The notes under the pieces: model-generated
Told to the model about the DNA's origin: nothing
The model's database searches: none
Seen by the model: the letters and a program-made list of their open reading frames with translations, nothing else
Assembly (NCBI GenBank): GCA_937625935.1
Contig: OW569345.1
Location: forward strand, 310,001 to 374,000
DNA: 64,000 nt
Direction of reading: 5' to 3'
Origin: Tetramitus jugosus
Lineage: Eukaryota > Protista > Heterolobosea
Translations under genes and position numbers: made by a program
In this document: piece after piece, positions 10,988 through 21,876 of the stretch
How positions within the stretch are numbered: the first letter of the stretch is position 1
Layout of the letters: each line of letters opens with the position of its first letter

Positions 10988-12571
10988 ATGACCACAATCT
11001 CGGTACCAAACAATCGCAACATCACCAACAACAACAACTCACAATCAACAACAACAACAATAACAAAAAAAAGATCAAATATCAACAACTCAAAGAAAAA
11101 TGCACCCAAAAGCGCCACACTCATGTACTACACTCTTGTTGATCGTGCCATCTTCAAAGTTCAACAAACGCTAATCACTCAAAAATCCGTCTCACAAAAA
11201 TACCTTGATTTTGTTACGCAGGCCACACTTCAACCTCCTCACTGTCAAGACGTCATGGACGAGAGAGTGTTGGCCGGTTTCTGCGCATTTCCCGCATGCA
11301 ACGGAGAAATTATGCCGCGGAGAAATACATTTTGTTCCGAGTATTGTGAAGCGCGGGGTGGGGAGTGGATGCAAAAGTGTGATCAATCAATGCCCTATGC
11401 CCGATCAAAGTCTCTCATGAGTCCACTACTCAGAATGACTCTACCCAGCATTGATCCATTGAAAATTGATCAGTTGAGAGAACAAATGGTTCAGGAGAAT
11501 CATCAAGAGGCATCCAAAGTAGTGAGCTTACGAGTCAAGGAGAGAGTGGATCCTGAACCAGCGAGCCTGGATTTTAAAGATGCAGAGACGATTGAGACAA
11601 TTACGGAGGAGACGAATAAACTCAAGAGTACGAGCTCTGAACTGAAGAAGAAGTTGAATAGCATGTATGGAAGTGAGTTGGAGAAGAGAATGGAAGCAAT
11701 GAAGGTGTTTGACGATGATTCGGACGATTCAGAAGATGATGATGAGAGTGAAGACGACAATGAGGGGGACGACAATGATGAGTATGGTGATGAGAATATC
11801 AAGAGTGGGAATAAGAAGGAGAAGAAGAAGAAGAAGATTAGACTCAATAGCAGTATCAATGACGAGGAGAAAGAGAAACAAAAATTGGAGGAGGATATAC
11901 GAAGGGCGATACAAAGACCCGAGAGATACACTGCAGTGTGGACAGATTTGAGTCGATGGGTCACTCGTCATACAATTTTGTTCCTGAGACCTGAGTTGGC
12001 ACCGAAAAAGGACGATGCCTCATTGACTGATTCTTCAAAATCGACTTCGGAACAAAAGATGGAAGAGTTGAAAGAAATGCAAACCATTTGTGAAACGTAT
12101 AGTAAGCTTGGAATGCATGAGGAGAGACAATTGATGGAGGAGGCCATCATAGAATTGAAAACGAGTCTAAAGCATGAAACCTATAGCTCAGATCCATTAC
12201 CAGAAAGAGACGATAATCAAGAGCAACGATTTTTATTAGTGGAGCGCAATATACATGAATACTTAGGAACTATCGGTGTTGAGCTGGCGCTCAATGCTCC
12301 ATTGCTGTCTTCATTTGTCTTTGATCTATTGAATACGTTCACCTATGTACAGAGTGTGACTTCGTCCGATAGTGAATCATGGCACATTTTAGCCCTGCTG
12401 ATTGTGAAGGCTCTGTTGGCATTCAAAGCAAATGAAATTATTGTCGAGGCTGTCACAAATGATCATAGAACACAGTGGAACGCCAAACTCGAAGAGAAAA
12501 TGGCTCAACTCGGATTGTCACCACACCAAATCCGAACGCTCTACCGTATTTTGACACAAGGCGTTTACTAG
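10988..12571 (+). CDS. RPAP2: RNA Pol II CTD phosphatase RPAP2/Rtr1
   Basis: DVMDERVLAGFCAFPAC...FCSEYC is the Rtr1/RPAP2 zinc motif; conserved-looking WTDLSRWVT and LLNTF..W..LALL C-terminal segments. Confidence 0.82.
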   Translation: MTTISVPNNRNITNNNNSQSTTTTITKKRSNINNSKKNAPKSATLMYYTLVDRAIFKVQQTLITQKSVSQKYLDFVTQATLQPPHCQDVMDERVLAGFCAFPACNGEIMPRRNTFCSEYCEARGGEWMQKCDQSMPYARSKSLMSPLLRMTLPSIDPLKIDQLREQMVQENHQEASKVVSLRVKERVDPEPASLDFKDAETIETITEETNKLKSTSSELKKKLNSMYGSELEKRMEAMKVFDDDSDDSEDDDESEDDNEGDDNDEYGDENIKSGNKKEKKKKKIRLNSSINDEEKEKQKLEEDIRRAIQRPERYTAVWTDLSRWVTRHTILFLRPELAPKKDDASLTDSSKSTSEQKMEELKEMQTICETYSKLGMHEERQLMEEAIIELKTSLKHETYSSDPLPERDDNQEQRFLLVERNIHEYLGTIGVELALNAPLLSSFVFDLLNTFTYVQSVTSSDSESWHILALLIVKALLAFKANEIIVEAVTNDHRTQWNAKLEEKMAQLGLSPHQIRTLYRILTQGVY

Positions 12572-12763
12572 ATATTGAGAACTTGCAGAATAAAATCTGG
12601 TAGGATTTCAATGACAACTGAGCTATCGTTCCAACCCACACACCAATGTCCAACACTACTCAATGTCAAATTTTCACTTTTTATACCTTTTCACTTTTAA
12701 ATATCACACAGAAAACTCGCAGGACAACAATAACACACAACACTTTGCACCACACATGAGCAC

Positions 12764-15718
12764 ATGAGAAATCGCTTCTTCAAACAGCTGGCCACCAACA
12801 GAATCACAACCAACAGCAACAGCAACAGCAACAGCAGCTACAGAAGAACAAGGAATTCTCCGTCATTGCCATTATTTCACACGACGACAACCACCACTGT
12901 TTTCATGACCATGTCGTCGTCAACTCAATCACAACCAACACCACTATCGATTCAGAAAAATCTCCGTGGTTCATCTCCGACCAAGTCGCCAGCCGCACAA
13001 CCACCCTCTATTCTCATCACGGTCTACCTCCAAAAAAAGTTCATTTTTACAAACGATGAGGAAGATGAAATTTTTCATCAAATACAAGGCGCGGAAACTC
13101 TTCACGAACAGTACTACAGGAAGCTTTTGGAGGCAAGATCCGCTTGTGTCAATGCACACCAAACCAAGAGTGATGATGATTTGGAGGAAGGTGAAGATGA
13201 TGCTCGAAGTTTCCAAATGAGCAAGTTTGAAGATATTGGCAGAGAAGAGTCTCACAGATTGCTCAATTCTTTGACTCGTTTTCTCAGTTGGGTTCGTCTT
13301 CAAAGTGCAAAGCATTTCCATGTTATTCACCTCCTGGATCAAAACTCCGTCAGTGATGACCCCGCCAAGAATGAGCGCGCCAATTCTCTGATTTACGGTT
13401 TGAATGACGGTGTTTTGTTGAATGATGATGGTTCTCCCAGCACAGAGAAGAGAGAGCACTTTTTACATTTGAGTGGTGTCAATGCCTTCCAGGATACAGA
13501 CCTCGACAAGATTATCACCAATATCATTGGCAACTACACTAAAAACAAGAGTAGAGATAAGGATGACGAAGATGAAGAAGAAGATGATGATAACAAGCCA
13601 AAAATCTCAGTCATTGGACTTCATACCGAGTCTAGCATCATGTTTCTGATGTATGAGTTGACTACACGATATCCCATGACCTCCATTTCCACATGCTCTG
13701 CACTGACAGCGAGCAGATCTCGATTGCAGCATTTTAACTCGTTGAATCAATTGAAAACTTTGTTCAATGTGAAAACGTTTGATTCAGTGTATGACTTTGA
13801 GCACTATATTCTGACTCAGAATCGCGTAACTCCGACACTCGATGAAGAAGAAATGGCCTTGAAGGATGAGGAATCTGATGAATTCCTTCAGTGTGGTATA
13901 CAATGGAGTACGATTGGTGAGAATAAGGCCAGAATTACAACCATTGAGAAGGAGATTATTTGTTCTCTGTACCGTGACAGCAGTCAGGTTCGATTAAAGA
14001 TGCTCTCTGGTGGAAACACTGGAAGCTGGGTGTTCAAAGTGAGTTCCAAGGACTTTCAAGGCAATGTTCAGTCAGCTACAGTACTAAAAATTGGTAATCG
14101 TCGTTCGATTGTAAGAGAGCGAGTCAACTTCGAACGTGTGGAAGACATTTTGGGCAATAATGCACCAAGAGTACAAGGTTTCACCGAGTATGGAGACAAG
14201 GCAGGTATTAAGTTCGCGTATGCATCCATGATGGAGAGCAATGGTGATGGTGACGAAAACGCAGAGCAGGCTAGTTTCCGATCATTGTACATGTCGCGCA
14301 TATCCGAGGACAAGGTCAAGCAAATCTTGAACACAACCTTCCTGAGTGTCTTGGGAAGATTTTATGCCGGTGCAACATTGGAGAGAGTCAACTTGTTTCA
14401 ACTGTATGACTTTGATGGTAGGGGATGGAATTACCGCATCGGTGGTACAGACAATCCTTCTGTTGTTCGAATGTTTATCAAGGATTACTTTTGTTCCGTT
14501 GAGGGATGTCAGGCATATGTCGAGAAAGATAGCAATCCTATTCCACGACAGGAGATGATTGGCACGGAGCCGTACCTTCAATTCCCGACAGGAATGATCC
14601 TAAATAATCCTGTTGCATTCTTCGCGCAACATCTGGACTGGATCAAGCATAATAGCTATTTGACTCGATCGCATCACTACATTGCCTATCAGCACGGAGA
14701 CTTGAATGGAAGAAATATTATTTTGGATCATTCGTACAATGTTTGGTTGATTGACTTTGAGTACACGGAGAGAACACACGTTCTGAAAGATATCACAAAG
14801 TTGGAAAATGACATTCTGTACGAGTACACACCAATTGAGAACATGGATGTTCTGAAACAAGCTCTTTTGCTGACAGAGGAGTTGCTCAAAGTGAAAGATT
14901 TATCACTACCACTTCCCGAAACGGTCCAAGGAGTGACTGATCCAGGTCTCACACGAGCTTGGAGAATGGTTATCCATTTGAGAAGTATCACAAAGTCAAT
15001 TGTTCGAGATGATAAGAGCTCCTTCCAGATTGAGGTTGTTCTGCTGCGCTATGCGCTCTTTTCGGTCAGTCTGCATCATTTGTCACCACTTCAAAAGACG
15101 TGGGCGCTCGCTGCTGCCAGTGGTTACGCTCAATTGATTCAAAATCGTGCATTCAGAAACAAGAATTACCACTTGAACTTTGTGTCGTTACATCCGGATC
15201 CAGAGACCACGAGATCCAGTGGCCGATTGGCTATCTCTATCTTGCCTGGAAGAAAGGACAGAATGATATCAATCGAAAAGGATGTTGGAGAACTGAAAGC
15301 ACAAAAGATATCAAAGGTATTGTGCTTGTGCTCCCAGTTTGAAGTTGAAAAGCCTTCCCTTGAGAGTCTGATTGATTCATTGTCCCAAAATGGAATCGAA
15401 CTCAAGTTGTTCTCCATTGCAAAGAATGTCGTGCCAACTGTGCACTTGGCCGAAAAGCTATGTGAATGGTTGTATGAAGCAATTGAAACGAAACATGAGA
15501 ATGTGGCTGTTGTTAGTTTGTCTGGTCTCGGAAGATCGGGAACGCTTGCAGCTTGTTTCATTTGTTATCGAGACCCCTCGATCTCACCTGAGACTGCTAT
15601 CAAACTCGTGCGAGATGCCAGAGGAGAAAGAGCCATCGATAGTGAACAAGAGCAGGAGTTTGTGCGTACGTTCCACGATCATCTCAAGCAAGAACGCGGG
15701 GCAGAGTCATCTCCCTGA
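12764..15718 (+). CDS. Three-domain protein: degenerate isochorismatase/nicotinamidase-like domain + APH/TCAD9-type kinase + CDKN3-type PTP-like domain (Cys replaced by Ser)
   Basis: N-domain: SILITVYLQ..IGREESHRL..KISVIGLHTESSIMFLMYEL..STCSALTAS. Kinase: LSGGNTGSWV, TVLKIG, HGDLNGRNII, WLIDF. PTP-like: LAISILPGRKD, VVSLSGLGRSGTLAAC, AIKLVRDARGERAI..EQ..F. No introns. Confidence 0.75.
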   Translation: MRNRFFKQLATNRITTNSNSNSNSSYRRTRNSPSLPLFHTTTTTTVFMTMSSSTQSQPTPLSIQKNLRGSSPTKSPAAQPPSILITVYLQKKFIFTNDEEDEIFHQIQGAETLHEQYYRKLLEARSACVNAHQTKSDDDLEEGEDDARSFQMSKFEDIGREESHRLLNSLTRFLSWVRLQSAKHFHVIHLLDQNSVSDDPAKNERANSLIYGLNDGVLLNDDGSPSTEKREHFLHLSGVNAFQDTDLDKIITNIIGNYTKNKSRDKDDEDEEEDDDNKPKISVIGLHTESSIMFLMYELTTRYPMTSISTCSALTASRSRLQHFNSLNQLKTLFNVKTFDSVYDFEHYILTQNRVTPTLDEEEMALKDEESDEFLQCGIQWSTIGENKARITTIEKEIICSLYRDSSQVRLKMLSGGNTGSWVFKVSSKDFQGNVQSATVLKIGNRRSIVRERVNFERVEDILGNNAPRVQGFTEYGDKAGIKFAYASMMESNGDGDENAEQASFRSLYMSRISEDKVKQILNTTFLSVLGRFYAGATLERVNLFQLYDFDGRGWNYRIGGTDNPSVVRMFIKDYFCSVEGCQAYVEKDSNPIPRQEMIGTEPYLQFPTGMILNNPVAFFAQHLDWIKHNSYLTRSHHYIAYQHGDLNGRNIILDHSYNVWLIDFEYTERTHVLKDITKLENDILYEYTPIENMDVLKQALLLTEELLKVKDLSLPLPETVQGVTDPGLTRAWRMVIHLRSITKSIVRDDKSSFQIEVVLLRYALFSVSLHHLSPLQKTWALAAASGYAQLIQNRAFRNKNYHLNFVSLHPDPETTRSSGRLAISILPGRKDRMISIEKDVGELKAQKISKVLCLCSQFEVEKPSLESLIDSLSQNGIELKLFSIAKNVVPTVHLAEKLCEWLYEAIETKHENVAVVSLSGLGRSGTLAACFICYRDPSISPETAIKLVRDARGERAIDSEQEQEFVRTFHDHLKQERGAESSP

Positions 15719-15759
15719 ATGTCCATCTGTATAAATTATTTTTATTATTCTAGAACAAG

Positions 15760-18590
15760 TTAGTATTCGTAGTAGAAGTGACCTGGAATCTTCGCAGATA
15801 GGTACTTCAAGAAGGCATATCCAGTACCCATTAAACCTATGATCGTGAGAACTGTTTTCACCTGGATCTCGGCATCGAGAGGGAACTTGTACGAAAATTG
15901 TCTTCCTCGAATGTACAAGTGGAAGTGCGTCAGTTCTCTTATCATTCTGTCTCTATTGCTCAATATCTTTTTGTTAGTATTTGAGTTGGTGTGATCTTTG
16001 TCTTTGACAATGGTGTTCGATTCTGAATTAAGAGCATCAATCACAAATTGATCGTAATTGCCTGTTACAAAGTTGTTAGAATGATAGGACACATTTGTCA
16101 CAATCATCAAAGCAATTAACATTGTTATAGAAAAGAATGCGAAGTACCAATTCTCCTGCATTCCCCACAGTGTAATCATCGTTTCAATCGCTAGCATAAT
16201 CGTACTAAAAAGAAATAGGTTAAGTCAGCTCCAATGTAAAACCAAACAAACATTACTTACAATAGCACGAGATATGACAGGGACACCGCCCATGATTGCT
16301 TAACAAGCACACTCAACTCTTGTGTCAATTTCACGTAACCTTCGATGCCCCAGTGTAGCGTGAAAGTTCCATGGCCTAACTTAAAATGGAACTCATCGAA
16401 AAACATTTGCATCAACGCAATCATTCTATTGCAGATGAGGTACAGCACACACAGCATGAGAGATATTAATACGAAGCTCATATACCAGTGCAGCAACTTG
16501 TATATAGATGATATCCATCCATAGTATCCCAAGGAAGTCGCATGTGTCGCTTTCATGAGCGCCAACTCCGCCTTGATATCACTCGTAACATCCATTACAA
16601 TGAAGCAATATGCTACATTCGCATAAATAAATGAGAAGAGCACAGCCATCATAGCCTTTCGATTGTACAGCTTTCTACTATTCGTATGGAACAAGGTGTC
16701 ATCCTCTTCGCCCACATTAATATTGACATCCAACTGCGATAAGAGAAGTTCCTTTTCCGACTCCTTGTCAAACTTATTCTCAAAGTCTTTCGAGTAGTTG
16801 GATGAGAAAAGCTTCAACGCAGCCCATTTCACACAGAAAATCATGGATATGAAAGCACTCAATGGAATAAGATAGTAGAACATATGTTGGAGAACATGCA
16901 GAACGTATTCAATTCGATCAAACTGATCATCATACAATGGAAAAGATGAAGTGTACATAATAGCTGCATAGCTCAGACTAATAGCAAACATCAGAAGCAT
17001 GAGGGATCGGTGAATAGCAATCCAGATATTACTCGTTCCATCTTGATAATAAATTGCGAATGATTCAAGAACCCATAGTACAACTCTGTCAGAACGAATT
17101 AAACGATCAGCTTTTTGTGCGATATCCTTCTGCTTATTCTTACGTCGGTATTGAATATAGCTTATCGTATAACGCAACAAATTGAACAATGGAATAACAA
17201 TTAGCAGCAGGGCACAAAGAACTGCTCCAATTGTGCACAAGATCGGCAAAACATATATGCGATATATACTCTCGTTTGATATCATCTCCTTCTTGGAAGA
17301 ATAGAGCAATCGACACTGCTCATGAATACAGTAGTTATTCACAAAATAGACATCATCAATATAAATCTCGCTTAAAATATCAGAGTACACAGCGGATGAT
17401 TGTTGAAAGGCTACATTGCCCAGCAACTTTGATCTTGATATTTTAACCATCGACTCCACAGAATAAAGAACTCCTCCTTGATAAATTGCAGTGTTGTTGG
17501 CGAACACACTCTCATTGACGTAAACATTAGAGGAAAAAAGAACTGCTATACCGGCACCCTTTCCATAGGGTTCTGAATCATCTGCTGCCTTATACGAAGG
17601 GACATTACCAAAGAAATCGGATCGTCTCACTTGAAAGTTGCTCACAGCATTCACCACGAGCTTGTTGTACTCATCGTGAACGACACTGTCTCTCAATACA
17701 GCTCTATTCTTTCGAACATCACACCGAGTCACCGACACATTATGAGAATAATAGACACACATGGCACCACCCGTTGCAGCCATGTTCTCAATCATTTGTA
17801 CATGATCAACGTTAATGTTACTTGATCGACTGATCATGATTGCGCCTCCACAGGGTATCTCCAATTCAGGTCTCGTTTCTTGCAAATTCCAGACAGTTGC
17901 CCCAGACAGCACCAAGTACTTGAGAGTAATATTGGTCGAATTATGAATCATAAACACTTGTCCAATCACACTGAAAGCCACTACTCGAGCCAACTCATCA
18001 TCCGGCACGAATGGTGCATTCTTCTGAGTCACCACTTGAGAAGTGATCGTTAAGCGCTTGGCCTGATTCACAAACACTTCCCTCTCCAGGTAATGAATAC
18101 CAGGAGACAAATAGATGACAGTCTCTCTCTCCACTGCCATGTTCATCTCTTCTCTCACCTTTCCATCCACATCATGATCATTCGCTACAGATGATACCTC
18201 ATCAACCGTAGCTCTCTCAAGCCAAACATTTTCATCATTATCACTACTCATACCATGCTCGGAGCTACTACTACTTGTGCCAAACACGGAGACAATCCGA
18301 GGTGGTGGAGAATGATCCTTTCCTTGATGAACAAGAGACAAGTCAACAGCTCGTTGAATGGTTCTCACAGGTGCATGAATCGTTCCATTCCATGCATCAT
18401 TACCATTCATAGAGTTTACATAGATCTCCAACAACCCAACAGTGTCACCCGTAGTCGTAGCAGAAGCACAACAATATGATGCTTTCAACACCAAAAACAC
18501 CAACAAGAGCAACCATGAGGATGATATCAAACGATGAAGAGCCATGGGAGGTGGTAATGATGATGATGATGATGGAGATATCCTCATCAT
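15760..18590 (-). CDS. Signal peptide + right-handed beta-helix ectodomain + TM helix + gustatory-receptor-like (7TMIC) domain (2 exons; intron 16205-16260)
   Basis: IYVNSMNGNDAWNGTIHAPVRTIQRAV (DUF1565/pectin-lyase-type start); GGA/GAG..F..N beta-helix turns; eight hydrophobic segments after the ectodomain; C-terminal RELTHFHLYIRGRQFSYKFPLDAEIQVKTVLTIIGLMGTGYAFLKYL. GTAAGT..TTTTAG intron joins TT|T in frame. Confidence 0.7.
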
Positions 18591-18848
18591 TTCTGTCGCT
18601 TTTTACGAGAAATGTTCCGTTTGGGTTTGTTTGTTGTGACTTGGAAACTGTCGGCCAATTTGGAATTCCCTTTCCCGACTTTCGATTACTTCACACGTGT
18701 GAATGGTATTATCATTCATCTTATCCTTTGCCAGGATCTTGTGAAAAAGTATTGAACAATTGGTGCAGGTTTCTCCTAGATGAATAATTTATTTGCTTTT
18801 CCGTATTGTTGGTTTGTACACAAAATTTGAGCGGTTAATCTCGCTAGA

Positions 18849-20006
18849 TTATTGCAGAGCAATGGCGATATAATCGTTAATGTTGGCAATGGATGTGGCA
18901 TCTCTACGCCTCAGTGCATCACTTCTACTCTTCACCTTTTGTGCAGAGCCACTGATATGAGGGATGAAACGCAGTGAAAAACGTTCCATGGAAGTGTTCA
19001 TGAACCCTGGTTGACCTAGAATATCCATTCTCGTTGTGCGATTGCTGTGGCATCGATGAGCAGATCTGCCTTTGATGGGAGCATGAAGCTCATGCAGAAC
19101 CTTTGCTAGTGTAAACTTTTGTTCAATGACATGTTCAAGGAAGTAAAAGAGACCGCCTGGCTTTAACACTCTGACAATCTCCTTCAAAACAGCACCTACA
19201 TTCGACACACAACAGAGAGCGTGTGTGCAAACCACTGTATCAAACATTTCTTCCTCCCAAGGCAGAGCTTCTGGATCGCCGCAGCAGACAGTTTGGCGTA
19301 GCTTTGAAAACTCCGATGCCGCTGTAGAAATTGGCGGGTTGATGATGGGAGAAACTTCATTGCCGAGCAAGGAAGCAGACCACTCTGCAATATAATATTC
19401 GTCTACGGTGATCACATTGCTCTTATCGAGCTCGTTCAACAGAATCATGTTGCTCACTGAATTGTCAAAACTGCCACCCAAGAGCAACACACGACCATAA
19501 AAGTGTGGCTCCTGATCTATACTCGTTTTGTTAGTCGTTAACGTCGTTGATGTTGGATGCATCTCTTGCTGTTGTTGGTTCATTGCTTGACGGCACGAAG
19601 AAAACAGCTTTTTCTTTTGAACGTCCAACGGATCGTTGCGTTCACTAGTCACCATCAATCGATGCATCAATTTCTCTTGTAACAGCTCTTGTTGTTGATG
19701 ATGATTTGGAGGCAATTGTGGACAAGAGGCAGAGTGTTGATGGTGAGTGTGCTGTGCTAGATCACCTGCTCTGGAATTTCTATTTGTTGTTGTCGTCTGT
19801 TGTTTGTCACTTGTGTGAGCATGTGTTGCGTCATTGCTCGTGTGCAAGCTGCTCGTATTGTTACGGAACCAGCTCTTGTTCCAGATGCACTCGTGGCAAA
19901 TCTGGTTGTTGGTGGATGAGGGATGTCGCTCAGAGGAAGAATGGTAACTGAGCGATTTGGTGCTTCTTCTTCTCTTACTGCTGCTTCTTTTGTGTGGAGT
20001 GGTCAT
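18849..20006 (-). CDS. Class I SAM-dependent methyltransferase, METTL7/TMT1-like
   Basis: GDPEALPWEEEMFDTVVCTHALCCV...LKEIVRVLKPGGLFYFLEHV; motif I is degenerate (RVLLLGGSF). Confidence 0.8.
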   Translation of the reverse strand: MTTPHKRSSSKRRRSTKSLSYHSSSERHPSSTNNQICHECIWNKSWFRNNTSSLHTSNDATHAHTSDKQQTTTTNRNSRAGDLAQHTHHQHSASCPQLPPNHHQQQELLQEKLMHRLMVTSERNDPLDVQKKKLFSSCRQAMNQQQQEMHPTSTTLTTNKTSIDQEPHFYGRVLLLGGSFDNSVSNMILLNELDKSNVITVDEYYIAEWSASLLGNEVSPIINPPISTAASEFSKLRQTVCCGDPEALPWEEEMFDTVVCTHALCCVSNVGAVLKEIVRVLKPGGLFYFLEHVIEQKFTLAKVLHELHAPIKGRSAHRCHSNRTTRMDILGQPGFMNTSMERFSLRFIPHISGSAQKVKSRSDALRRRDATSIANINDYIAIALQ

Positions 20007-20295
20007 GACTTTGATCACTTATTGGTGGTGATGGTGTTGTAGTGTGTGGTTCAGATTGTTTCTTGTTTCTCCCTTTTATTGTCCTCGTGGCTTGAAAACC
20101 TGGTAATCGAAGGATTCTCGGACTCCTTTGGAAGCGGCGTTTCGTGCCGTATCATTGCGCCAAAACATCAAAATTGTCCTCAGAGGTGAAACATTGAATC
20201 CGCACGGACAATACGCGGTAGGGGATACTTCAGATTCCGTTCGAAGGACAATTTCGTTCTTCGGTGTGTGTTCCTGTGTACCTGACTCTGTTGTC

Positions 20296-21789
20296 TCATG
20301 AATAGGTTACAAGAGCGTCTTCTTTGAGATTCGAGCTTCGAGGCACCATCAAGTTACTCGAAAGCAAAAATGAGATCAAAATCATATTGATACTAGATCC
20401 CGAGGCAAAGCTAGTCACTTGGTAGTGAGGGTTATCGAGCATTTGACAGCAATTCGGGTCTGCTTGCTGTTCGACAACCTTTCCACGTAACTCAACATTG
20501 AATAAGCGCCCAGAGAGAGTATCAATGATATGAAATTTTCTGGCACTTGCAGTGACCAAAGGATTGGCCAATGCTGAAGCGTTCCAACAGAATGGAGTTT
20601 CTCTCCTCGGGAGTTCTGAAAACGTAAAGAGGCGCTTCATTGAATCCAAAAAAACTGTTGCAGAGTAAGAGCATGAAAAGTCCTTGATCCGTGCACTTCC
20701 GATATGGACACTCAAATCTAACTTACTGAAAACATCTGAAGTGGAGGTTGATCTGGTACTTCCAGCTGCATACACATCAAATTGTGATGTCAGTACAATC
20801 GTAAATGCAAGTCCACCGTCAATCTTGGTCAAACGACAGAAATTAAAAGGTTTTTGGGTATCATCTGATGTGCCAGCGACCTGTGCTTCCACTGCATGAT
20901 TCACATCCGGACCTCTTCGAACTCCCAATTGCCCAAACGCGTTCGATCCCAGAGAATACACTTGATCTCTGCTACATTGGAACACAAGGTGTTGTTCCCC
21001 TACTCCCCAAACGGAAATAACTCCATTTGTCTGCCAGAGTTTTACAGGCCCTGGCATACTGCTGGAGTTTGATCCGAAACGCCCCACAGTGTATAGCTCG
21101 TCATCTGTCGTAATAAAAGCAGAAAACCTACCAGCACAGGCAATATCCTTGATACGAATATTGCGTTCCACAAACCACAGTAAAAGAGTTGGCAAAGAGA
21201 CATCATCTCTATGCAATTTATGATGCTTATCATAAGTCAGAAGTTGACCATCTTTGTTACTGCCCATACCATAAACAAAACCATCCTCTGTCAAAAACAA
21301 GCAATGAACACCACCGGCTGCAACTTTTTTGATACGAATATTGAACAACTTATGATTCAGTATCAAGTGATCCAACACGTATGGGATTTGAAGAGCGGAG
21401 AACCACGGACAATGTTCTTCAATCTCATTTGGATCCATGCTCGATTGTGCCCATTGCCGAGCTCTGGGTCCATCTGATCTCACTCCCAGGATCTGTAGCG
21501 TGGGTTCTCGAGCCGCATGGAAATTACTATTTGTTGTTCCATTTTCAGTTTGTTCGCCATACTCCACCCAAAGCTCATCATCTGCCAAATAGTTACCACA
21601 CCCCAGAATCACACTATCTTGACCTGAAACCGTGCATTCTGTTGTAATGTAGTTTTTGTTGTTGCGTGGTGGGTTTCGCTGCTGAGTAGAATTATGGAGT
21701 TGATATCTGCCTGGATTATGATAAATAATGTGTTCAGCAGTGGAAGTTCCATTGTCACCATTTGTGGCTTGCTGTTGTTGTTGGCTCAT
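20296..21789 (-). CDS. RCC1-repeat beta-propeller protein
   Basis: IKKVAAGGVHCLFLTEDGFVYGMGSNKDGQL, IKDIACAGRFSAFIT, VYSLGSNAFGQLG; likely ATG at 21789. Confidence 0.85.
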   Translation of the reverse strand: MSQQQQQATNGDNGTSTAEHIIYHNPGRYQLHNSTQQRNPPRNNKNYITTECTVSGQDSVILGCGNYLADDELWVEYGEQTENGTTNSNFHAAREPTLQILGVRSDGPRARQWAQSSMDPNEIEEHCPWFSALQIPYVLDHLILNHKLFNIRIKKVAAGGVHCLFLTEDGFVYGMGSNKDGQLLTYDKHHKLHRDDVSLPTLLLWFVERNIRIKDIACAGRFSAFITTDDELYTVGRFGSNSSSMPGPVKLWQTNGVISVWGVGEQHLVFQCSRDQVYSLGSNAFGQLGVRRGPDVNHAVEAQVAGTSDDTQKPFNFCRLTKIDGGLAFTIVLTSQFDVYAAGSTRSTSTSDVFSKLDLSVHIGSARIKDFSCSYSATVFLDSMKRLFTFSELPRRETPFCWNASALANPLVTASARKFHIIDTLSGRLFNVELRGKVVEQQADPNCCQMLDNPHYQVTSFASGSSINMILISFLLSSNLMVPRSSNLKEDALVTYS

Positions 21790-21876
21790 TGGAGTTTTTG
21801 TTTTGCTTAGAGTGATCAATTCGAACCTTCCGAATAAAGAGCTTTGATTTCGCTCGTAAAAAAGCTTTGAAGCAGG

